A stretch of DNA of 57,545 bases. Origin: Deltaproteobacteria bacterium. GTDB taxonomy: Bacteria; Myxococcota_A; UBA796; SXON01. The position numbers were made by a program, and so were the translations under genes. Location of the stretch: positions 1-57,545 of the forward strand of contig VGRE01000001.1 in NCBI GenBank assembly GCA_016875435.1, written 5' to 3'. The stretch's first letter is position 1; every line of letters starts with the position of its first letter. Shown here piece after piece: positions 17,315 to 24,928 of this stretch. The notes below the pieces were generated by a model that worked only from the letters and a program-made list of their open reading frames with translations, made no database searches and was not told the DNA's origin.

Positions 17315-20107
17315 ATGCTCCGGCTTGCCCGGGGGCCGGGCGCTTCGGCTGGCGCGGCACCGGGTGGACGGGCCACCGGCGAGGGGGGAGGCTCTCCCAG
17401 CCGCGTGCTCTTCTTCGAGTCGCTGATGAACGCCGAGATGCCGCACAACGACGCCGAGATCTCGCAGGGCGTCCTGCACATGATCTCGTCCTTGCAGGAC
17501 ACGGGTGCCGACGTCCGCCTCGCCAACGTGAAGATGGCGATTACCGGCCGCGAGCGGCCGGCGTCGGGGCTCGACACCCTGGAGGCCGCGCTCGCCGACG
17601 GCCCGGTCAACCTCGTGGTGATCACGCTGCTGGAGGGCTACTGGGAGGGCGTCGTGTCGCTGGTGCGGGAGTTGCGCGCTCTCGGCTGCCGGGGTCACGT
17701 GGCGCTGGGCGGCGTGATGCCCACGCTCGCCCCGGAACACGTGGCGGCGCACTTCCCCGATGCGAGCTTCGTCTGCCGCGGGGCCGGCGAGGTGTTCCTG
17801 CCGCGCCTCTGCGCCATCGTGGGCGACGGCAACGTCGACACGCCCTTCACCGAGACGCAGCTCGCGGCGCTGTCGCGACTCGATGGGCTCATCGCCATCG
17901 ACCGCGCCGGCGGCGTGCTGGTGTCGGCCAACAGCGCTGCCGTCGCCACCGTCCCCGACCTCGACCGGGTGTCCCTCGACCTGTCGAGACTGTCGCCGCG
18001 CCACCTCGAGGCAGGGGTGGAGATCGCCACCTCGCGCGGCTGCGTTCACCGTTGCACCTTCTGCTCGATCATCGGCCGCGAGTCGTACCAGGCGCGATCG
18101 GCGGGCGGTGTGATTGAGCTACTCGATGCCTACGACCAGCGCTATGCCGAGATGTTCGGCGCCGGGCCCCGCGACGCCCGGGGGCGCAACACCCTCGCCC
18201 CCCCCAACGCCTACCGGGTGCACATCAGCGACGACGACTTCGCCTGCGATCGCGCGCGCGCTCTCGACTTCTTCCGCGCGATCCTCGCCACGCCCTTTCG
18301 ACTGGCCTCCTGCCAGGTGTCGGTGGCCGACCTGTGCCAACGTCGCGAGGATATCTTGCTCGCCGAGCCCGACGCGACGCTGCTCGACGCCATCCGGCCC
18401 GAGTGTTTCGACGACCACGGCCGCAGCTTCCCCGCCCGCGACTTCGTGGCCGACCACCGCACCCGCACCTGGTCGAGCTACCTCCAGCTCGGGGTGGAGA
18501 GCTTCTCCGACACCGAGCTGGTGCGGCTGGGGAAGGGCTACAAGCGCGCCCACGTCCGCGCCGTCGTGGCGGCGCTCGCCGAGCGTGGGATCCACCACGA
18601 CGCCTACTTCATTCTCTGCAACGCCGACACCACGGCGATGGAACTCCTGGAGGTGCTCGACGAGGTGGTACGGCTGAAGCTGGCGCATCCCGTGCATTTC
18701 CACGTGCGCTTCCCCGTGGTCCCGAGGTTGGTCGCCTACTTCACCAGCGCCGCCTACCGTCGACACGTGCAGCAGGGGCGGCTCGACCACCTTCGCCTGC
18801 GCGGCCGCCTCGCGGTGGCCGGCTACCCCGAGTTCGACTACCCGCTGGTGGACCACGAGATCCCCGCCGATGCGCGGGTGGAGGCCGCGGTCGAGGCCGG
18901 ATTCTTCACCGACGAGGACTATTACGCCGCGAGTTTCCGTCGCCTGCGTGCGCTATGGCAAGACGACGAGGACCTGGCCCGCGCGCTCGACGATCGGCCA
19001 CGCCGCCGGGTGTTCGAGCTGCTCGACCAGGCCCGCAAGGGCGCCCAGGGCGGCGACCCGCGCGAGGAGGCCCGGATGCGCGGGGTGGCGGAGGGCCTGC
19101 TCGGCCCCGTCGACCGGTGGATCCACGCGTTCCAACGCTACGCGCAGGGGGGCGTCACCCGGCTGGTGGTGATCCCTACCTGGCAGTGCGAGTTGCGCTG
19201 CAACTACTGCTACATCCCCAAGCAGGACGGTCGCGTGATGAGTCGCGACACCATCGACCGCGCCGTCGGCCTGCTTCTGTCGAGCGAACGTTCCGCGTTG
19301 ACCTTGCAGTTCTTCGGCGGCGAGGCGCTGGTCGAGTGGGACAACGTCCGCCACGCCATCGAGAGCGCGTCGCGTCGCGCCGCTGCGCTCGGCAAGACCA
19401 TCGACTTCGTCCTGTCCTCAAATGGCTACTCGCTCGACGCCGACAAGCTCGCCTGGTTGAAACAGTACCCGGTGAAGCTGGAGCTCTCCCTCGACGGCGA
19501 CCCCGACACCCAGCGACGATTCCGTCCCGCGCGACAGGCGGGCGACGACAGCTACACCCAGGGCATCGCCCCCCGGGCCCGCGAGATCGTCGCCAGCGGG
19601 CTCGCCTACGACGTCATCATGGTCTGTCATCCCACCCAGATCGAGCGCCTCTGCGACAACTACCTGCACATCGTGGACCTCGGCTTTCGCCGCGTGCAGA
19701 TCAACTTCGCCCTCGGCAAGCCGTGGACGGTGGCGCAGCGCCAGGGGCTCGCCGACCAGCTGTTCCGGCTGGCGGGGGAGCTCGACCGTCGCCCGGGGGT
19801 GGTGTTCGTCAACGCCGAGAACGCGCCGATGCCGATGCGGCTCAACGCCGAGATCACCGTGGACTGGGACGGCACCATCTACGGCGGCAACGCCTTCCTC
19901 CACGAGACGGAGCACAAGGCCAAGTTCCGCCTCGGTCACCTCGACGAGCGCGCCAACTTCGACCGCTACTGGATGGACGCCCCGCCCAACTCGGAGCTGG
20001 TGAAGTGGAGCTACGAGCCGGGGGTGACCGCGAACAACCTGAAGGTGGGCGCGGTGATGGCGGACTTCGTGCGCTGGTACCGGTCGCGGGGCGCTCAGAG
20101 CGACTGA
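17315..20107 (+). CDS. fusion protein with two radical-SAM cores: B12-binding-type radical SAM (N) plus second radical-SAM domain (C)
   Basis: The Rossmann-like region VNLVVITLLEGYW...VALGGVMPTLAPE is followed by TSRGCVHRCTFCS (CX3CX2C). A second core has IPTWQCELRCNYCYIP plus LQFFGGEALVEW. The start is uncertain: ATG 17315 was chosen because the 17009 start overlaps the CDF gene. Confidence 0.8.
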   Translation: MLRLARGPGASAGAAPGGRATGEGGGSPSRVLFFESLMNAEMPHNDAEISQGVLHMISSLQDTGADVRLANVKMAITGRERPASGLDTLEAALADGPVNLVVITLLEGYWEGVVSLVRELRALGCRGHVALGGVMPTLAPEHVAAHFPDASFVCRGAGEVFLPRLCAIVGDGNVDTPFTETQLAALSRLDGLIAIDRAGGVLVSANSAAVATVPDLDRVSLDLSRLSPRHLEAGVEIATSRGCVHRCTFCSIIGRESYQARSAGGVIELLDAYDQRYAEMFGAGPRDARGRNTLAPPNAYRVHISDDDFACDRARALDFFRAILATPFRLASCQVSVADLCQRREDILLAEPDATLLDAIRPECFDDHGRSFPARDFVADHRTRTWSSYLQLGVESFSDTELVRLGKGYKRAHVRAVVAALAERGIHHDAYFILCNADTTAMELLEVLDEVVRLKLAHPVHFHVRFPVVPRLVAYFTSAAYRRHVQQGRLDHLRLRGRLAVAGYPEFDYPLVDHEIPADARVEAAVEAGFFTDEDYYAASFRRLRALWQDDEDLARALDDRPRRRVFELLDQARKGAQGGDPREEARMRGVAEGLLGPVDRWIHAFQRYAQGGVTRLVVIPTWQCELRCNYCYIPKQDGRVMSRDTIDRAVGLLLSSERSALTLQFFGGEALVEWDNVRHAIESASRRAAALGKTIDFVLSSNGYSLDADKLAWLKQYPVKLELSLDGDPDTQRRFRPARQAGDDSYTQGIAPRAREIVASGLAYDVIMVCHPTQIERLCDNYLHIVDLGFRRVQINFALGKPWTVAQRQGLADQLFRLAGELDRRPGVVFVNAENAPMPMRLNAEITVDWDGTIYGGNAFLHETEHKAKFRLGHLDERANFDRYWMDAPPNSELVKWSYEPGVTANNLKVGAVMADFVRWYRSRGAQSD

Positions 20108-20268
20108 ACGAAGGCCGACATGTCGGCGATCTCCTGGTTCGACAGGACGTCGGCAAACGACGGCATGTCTGCCTTGCCCTCGAGCACGATGTCCACGAAG
20201 GCCTCGCCCACGAGCGCGGGGCCGCTGCCGCCGCCCGTCAAATGGCCAAGGGCGACCGCATCGCGCGG
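20095..20268 (-). pseudogene. relic of a class I cytochrome c gene (C-terminal half only, heme-binding Cys lost)
   Basis: My own translation of the minus strand gives PRDAVALGHLTGGGSGPALVGEAFVDIVLEGKADMPSFADVLSNQEIADMSAFVQSL*. GC3 is strong, a TAA lies directly upstream, and there is no CxxCH, signal peptide or start codon. Confidence 0.4.
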
Positions 20269-20282
20269 TTATTGCGGCCCGA

Positions 20283-21326
20283 GTGCTCCCCACCCTCGCG
20301 CAGGCCGAGCGAAGGCTGGCCCAGGTGCTCGCCGCCGACAGCGCCCAGACCGGCGGCAACACCGACCGCCTGATGCTGATGCTCACGCGGAGCTGCGAGC
20401 TGCGTTGCACCTACTGCCTCGTGGGGCTCAGCGAGGAAGGCGCCGGTCGCGACTTCGCGGGCGAGTACCAGGCCGGTCGCCCGGTGGGCGACATGCCGCG
20501 CGCTACCATCGACGCGGCGCTGGCCCACCTGCTCGCCAGCCCCAAGCCCCGCCTCGGGCTCCAGATCTTCGGCGGCGAGCCCACCCGCCGCTGGGATCTC
20601 GTGCAACACGCGGTCGCCACCGCTCGCCGCGGTCGCGAGGTGGAGGTCCAGCTCACCACCAACGGGCTCAACCTCGACGACGGGCGCCTCCGTTGGCTCG
20701 CCGACCACGACGTGACCGTGCAGCTCAGCGTCGACGGCACCGGTCGCGACAACCGCTTTCGCAGCACCCGGCACGCGCTCGACGCGGCGATCGTCGCGCT
20801 CCGCGCCGCGCCGGTGCGCTGGTTCCTCAACGTGACCGTTCCCCCCGCCGCGAGCGACGAGCTGCCGGAACGCCTCGCTCACGCGCGCGATCTCGGCGTG
20901 CCGGCGGTGCAACTCAACTACGCCACCGGGCTGCGCTACACGCCGGCGCAGTTCGAGTCGTATCTGCGCGGGCTCGACGCCTGCCTGCGGGATGACCAGG
21001 GCCGCGTTCAGCTCTACAACTGGCAGAACGCGGCCGACCCGGCGCCGCTCTGTGGCGACGTCATCTGCGACGCCGACGGCACCTTGCTCCAGGTGGGCGG
21101 CATCTTTCACGAGGCCCGCTTCCCCGCGCTGTATGCCGCCTATCGCCGGGGGACGGTGTTCGATGGCGCCCCCTTTGCAGCCACCCGCTCCACCCTCGCC
21201 GAGCTGGCGGCCCGCACCGAGGCCACCCTCTCGACCGATGACTGGACCTTGTTCCGGCAGGGAATGCTACTCGGCGCGGCGCAAGACCTCGTGTGTCGCC
21301 TCGCGCGGAAGGAGCTCGGTCGATGA
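20283..21326 (+). CDS. radical SAM protein, paralogous to the C-terminal half of the upstream fusion
   Basis: LTRSCELRCTYCLV (CX3CX2C), LQIFGGEPTRRW, and LTTNGLNLDD...QLSVDGTGRDNRFR are collinear with SSNGYSLDAD...ELSLDGDPDTQRRFR of the upstream protein. Confidence 0.8.
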   Translation: MLPTLAQAERRLAQVLAADSAQTGGNTDRLMLMLTRSCELRCTYCLVGLSEEGAGRDFAGEYQAGRPVGDMPRATIDAALAHLLASPKPRLGLQIFGGEPTRRWDLVQHAVATARRGREVEVQLTTNGLNLDDGRLRWLADHDVTVQLSVDGTGRDNRFRSTRHALDAAIVALRAAPVRWFLNVTVPPAASDELPERLAHARDLGVPAVQLNYATGLRYTPAQFESYLRGLDACLRDDQGRVQLYNWQNAADPAPLCGDVICDADGTLLQVGGIFHEARFPALYAAYRRGTVFDGAPFAATRSTLAELAARTEATLSTDDWTLFRQGMLLGAAQDLVCRLARKELGR

Positions 21327-22633
21327 AGCCGGTGATTGTCGTCGGGGGCGGGCCGGCCGGGAGCGTGGCGGCGGCCTTCCTCGCCCGGCACGGGGCGCCC
21401 GTGATCCTGTTCGAAGGAGAGAAGTTCCCCCGGCACCACGTTGGAGAGAGCCTCCAGCCGGCCACCTTCCAGTTCCTCGACCAGCACTTCGGCCTCGGCC
21501 CTGGCTTCGCCGCGCAGGGCTACGCGCGCAAGTACGGCGCGCTCTACGTGTGGGGCGAGTCGCGACAGCCCTGGTCGGTGCTCTTCGATCCCCGTCTCGA
21601 GGCCGAGCTGCCCGGGCTCTCCGAGGAAACGCTGCTTGCAGGCGACTACGAGCGGGCCTGGCAGGTCGACCGCGCCAGCTTCGACAAGCTCCTGCTCGAC
21701 CACGCGCGGGGCTGCGGCGCCGACGTGCGCGAGGGGGTGACGGTCACGGCGGTGCGCTGGGACGGCGACCGCGCCGCGGGCGTGGCCGCCGGCGGGCACG
21801 ACATCGACGCTGCCTACGTGCTCGACGCCTCGGGACAGCGAACGCTGGTGGGCCGGTCGCTCGGGCTGGTGGAGGTGATCGAAGACCTGCGATCGACGTC
21901 TACCTACGCCTACTTCGACGGCGCCGGCGGGGTTCACCCGGTGCTGGGGCGTCACGCGCAGCTCATCGTGACCGTCCCCGAGGGCTGGGTGTGGTTCATC
22001 CCCATCTCGCCCATGCGCACCAGCGTGGGCGTGGTCGTCAAGGAACGTGCCCGGATGGACCTGCCCCGTTTCCTCGACGTGGTCCGCGCGGCCGTGCCCA
22101 TCGACGAGGGCGTGCTCGTCAACCCGGCCGACCCGCTCCACTTCGTCCGCGACTGGTCCTACGCGCTCCGGAAGACGACGGGGCCCGGCTGGACCGCCAT
22201 CGGCGACGCGGCGGCCTTTGTCGATCCCATCCTCTCGGGCGGGGTGGACTTCGCGGTGCGCGGCGCGGTGAACGCGGCGATCGGCGTCTTGCGCGTGCTC
22301 GACGGGGCCGACGAGGCGGCGACCATGGGCGACATCGCCACCCGCCTGCATCGCGAGTTCCGCGCGTACTTGCGCCTCGCGCGCTACTGGTACGGAAACA
22401 ACAGGTCGACCGAGAGCTTTTTCTGGGAGGCTCACGAGGAGCTGGGCGCCGAGTCGCTCTCCACGCCGCTGCGGGCCTTCGTGTACCTCACCAGCGGGCG
22501 CTACGCGGCCGACCACAGCTTCAAGGTGTTCCAGCAGTGGCAGGAAGAGAAGATGTTCCGCGCCCTCGGCGTGGACAAGTCGCGACTGGGGCAGGCCCTG
22601 AAAGCTAGAAAGAGTGACGAACCTGGGCGATGA
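21323..22633 (+). CDS. FAD-dependent oxidoreductase, flavin-dependent halogenase-like
   Basis: ATG at 21323 overlaps the upstream stop (ATGA). VVGGGPAGS dinucleotide fold, HVGESL, DASGQRTLVGRSLGL, EGWVWFIPIS (the WxWxIP motif) and FVDPILSGGV. Confidence 0.8.
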   Translation: MKPVIVVGGGPAGSVAAAFLARHGAPVILFEGEKFPRHHVGESLQPATFQFLDQHFGLGPGFAAQGYARKYGALYVWGESRQPWSVLFDPRLEAELPGLSEETLLAGDYERAWQVDRASFDKLLLDHARGCGADVREGVTVTAVRWDGDRAAGVAAGGHDIDAAYVLDASGQRTLVGRSLGLVEVIEDLRSTSTYAYFDGAGGVHPVLGRHAQLIVTVPEGWVWFIPISPMRTSVGVVVKERARMDLPRFLDVVRAAVPIDEGVLVNPADPLHFVRDWSYALRKTTGPGWTAIGDAAAFVDPILSGGVDFAVRGAVNAAIGVLRVLDGADEAATMGDIATRLHREFRAYLRLARYWYGNNRSTESFFWEAHEELGAESLSTPLRAFVYLTSGRYAADHSFKVFQQWQEEKMFRALGVDKSRLGQALKARKSDEPGR

Positions 22634-23333
22634 CCTGGAGGGTCGGGTCGGCCCAGATGGTCAAGAGAGGCGCGGCGAGCCCAGCGTCGACAGTCCAGCG
22701 CGGGCCCACGCCCGGCTGGGCGTACCGGGCCAGGGCGCGGAGGTGCAGCGGCGACATCCCCCATGCCGCCTCGAACTCGCTGACCATGGACCAGTCCCCG
22801 GCCACCGGCTGCACCCAGGCGATCGCGGCGGCGGCGTCGATGTCGTCGGGGCCCCAGCCGGTGCCCCAGTAGAGCCCGGCGTGCCACCCCGCGTGCGCGT
22901 GCCAGCCGAGGCGCCACGCGCTGCCCTCGTAGGCCACGGCCGCGCCGAGGAAGGCGACCGTGGCCTCGGGTACCGTTCCCCACCACGTGACGGGGCTCTC
23001 GGGGGCCAGCCAGCCCCCCGCCGGGACCTTCACGCGCAAGCCAAGCCCGTGGCGCCGGCCGCGATCGACCAGGAAACGGCTGTCGAGGATGAGATTGCCG
23101 AGCCCGTAGCCCTCCCAATTCTCGCCAAAGCCAGCGGTGCCCGCGAGCTCGGCCGCGAAGCCGAAGCGGCCGGCCCAGGTCTGCCCGCCCAGGGTGAGCT
23201 CCGGGTAGAAGGCGCCATCGAGGTCTTTCACCAGGGCCAGCCGCGTGAAGGCCGAGCGACCGGCGCCGAGGTTCGTCACCCGGAAACCCTCGCAGGGGCA
23301 GGCGGCGAGGGCGAGGCTGGCGGCGAGGATCAC
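22605..23333 (-). CDS. hypothetical secreted beta-barrel-like protein
   Basis: GTG at 23333 overlaps the upstream stop (GTGA) and gives VILAASLALAAC as a signal/lipobox. The protein is Gly/Trp/aromatic-rich with alternating strands and ends in VRHSF. The alternative ATG start is at 23399. Confidence 0.5.
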   Translation of the reverse strand: MILAASLALAACPCEGFRVTNLGAGRSAFTRLALVKDLDGAFYPELTLGGQTWAGRFGFAAELAGTAGFGENWEGYGLGNLILDSRFLVDRGRRHGLGLRVKVPAGGWLAPESPVTWWGTVPEATVAFLGAAVAYEGSAWRLGWHAHAGWHAGLYWGTGWGPDDIDAAAAIAWVQPVAGDWSMVSEFEAAWGMSPLHLRALARYAQPGVGPRWTVDAGLAAPLLTIWADPTLQVIAQVRHSF

Positions 23334-23563
23334 TCGCTGTCCCCGGGGAACGCCTCGAGGCGGTCGAGGGCGGCGTCGAGGCAGGCGGACGCGGCGCACG
23401 CCACGCCCAGCGCGCGAGCGTAGTCAGCCGCCGTTGGCCAGCAGATGCCGAGGTCGCAGTCGCTTCGCTCGTCGAAGTCTCCGGTCGCCGGCGACCCGAA
23501 CCGCCAGGCCTCGGTGGCTCGCGCGAGCAGGTGCGCACGGGTAGTGGCGACGTGCGGGAGCAT
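23330..23563 (-). CDS. minimal nucleotidyltransferase (MNT/Pol-beta fold) domain protein, 77 aa
   Basis: RFGSPATGDFDERSDCDLGI fits the G-S-x(9-13)-D-x-D nucleotidyltransferase signature. It is short for the family. Confidence 0.45.
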   Translation of the reverse strand: MLPHVATTRAHLLARATEAWRFGSPATGDFDERSDCDLGICWPTAADYARALGVACAASACLDAALDRLEAFPGDSE

Positions 23564-23906
23564 CTCGGCAGCCTAGTCGCGGGGCCCCCCCGTGCCAAGC
23601 GCGGCTGCGCCTTGCACGTCGCGCGCGGCATCTATGCATCTGTTCATGCAACGCCGACCCGCATCGGCTGCCTCGACCTCGACACCTTCTTCGGGTCGGT
23701 GGAGCGCTTGCTCGAGCCGGCGCCGAGGTCACGCTCGTGGTGGGGATGGCCCTGTCGGGCGGGGCGGGGAGGCGAGCGCGCGGGGGGGGGCAGTCGTAAG
23801 CGACAGTGTGCTGAGTCGTCGAACGCCAGTACCTCCTCGGGCGGGCGCGCGACGCGCCGTGGCGATCACGAAACGATGGAGGCGGGAGCGGGATAGCTCC
23901 GGGCGA

Positions 23907-24275
23907 TTGTCCCTACTCGTCCACGGCATCCCCTCCTGCGGCACGGTCAAGAAGGCGCGCGCCTGGCTCGATCAGCACGGCGTGGCCTACACCTTCGTCG
24001 ACCTGCGCGAGAGCCCGCCTAGTGCCAGCGTCGTCGCGACGTGGGTCAAACACTTCGGCGACAAGGCGCTGCGGAACACCTCGGGTGGTAGCTACCGCGC
24101 GCTCGGGCCCGAGAAGGACGGGTGGTCGGCGGCGCAGTGGTCTCGCGAGTTTACGGCCGATCCGATGCTGATCAAGCGACCCGTGGTCACGCGCGACGGC
24201 TCGCCGCTGATCGTGGGTTGGAATCTCGACGACGAGGAGATCCTCGCGAGGCTCGGCGCCCCCGCCGCGCGCTGA
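23907..24275 (+). CDS. ArsC/Spx/YffB family protein
   Basis: LLVHGIPSCGTVKKARAWLDQHGVAYTFVDL and LIKRPVV are the family hallmarks. The TTG start at 23907 is a guess. The upstream part of the 227-aa ORF is G-rich and low-complexity. Confidence 0.65.
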   Translation: MSLLVHGIPSCGTVKKARAWLDQHGVAYTFVDLRESPPSASVVATWVKHFGDKALRNTSGGSYRALGPEKDGWSAAQWSREFTADPMLIKRPVVTRDGSPLIVGWNLDDEEILARLGAPAAR

Positions 24276-24304
24276 CCGCCTTGCGCGCGTAGGATGCCCG
24301 GTGG

Positions 24305-24928
24305 CTACTCGCCGCGGCGCCGCGCCCAGAGGATTCGCCCCACCACGAGGCCCTGCTGCGGCAGCACCACGAGGGTGTAGCCCACGGTCTCGACGCTCCA
24401 TGACGCGAGCGGCGGGAAGGCCAGCGTGTTGAGAAGCCCCCCGGCGAGGAAGAACAGCCACCCGGCGAGGCTCTCGTGACGAGGGTGCCGCAGCACGCTC
24501 CAGAGGGTGGGTGCGCTGGCGAGGGTGTCGGTGAGGATCGCGAGCAGCAGCGCCGCGCGGGCGTCCCTCGCCCCCAGCAGCAGCAGGAGGCTCAGCAGGG
24601 CGAGCCCGCCGAAAAAAAGGTCGAAGGCGCCGGGCGAGCGGTCGCCCACTCGCCACGCCGCCACGCTCACGCCGAGGCAGCCGAGGAAGTAGGCCACCGG
24701 CAGCCAGTTGGTATCGGTGGCCCCACCGGCCCGGGCGCCGAGGAAGATCACCCCCTGGAGCGCCGTCCAGATCACCCAGGACACCAGCCGTGGGCGGGTG
24801 CCACCCCGCAAGCGAAGGGCTGCGAAGGCTGCCTTTCGCCAGCCGCTCTGGCCGGGGCCGAGCATGTCCAGCAGGTACATCGGGTAGCCGACGAGCGACA
24901 CCAGGGCGGCGACCAGGCCGATGCTCAC
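24305..24928 (-). CDS. hypothetical polytopic membrane protein (207 aa)
   Basis: GTG at 24928 overlaps the kinase stop (GTGA). About six hydrophobic segments. No family recognised. Confidence 0.6.
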   Translation of the reverse strand: MSIGLVAALVSLVGYPMYLLDMLGPGQSGWRKAAFAALRLRGGTRPRLVSWVIWTALQGVIFLGARAGGATDTNWLPVAYFLGCLGVSVAAWRVGDRSPGAFDLFFGGLALLSLLLLLGARDARAALLLAILTDTLASAPTLWSVLRHPRHESLAGWLFFLAGGLLNTLAFPPLASWSVETVGYTLVVLPQQGLVVGRILWARRRGE

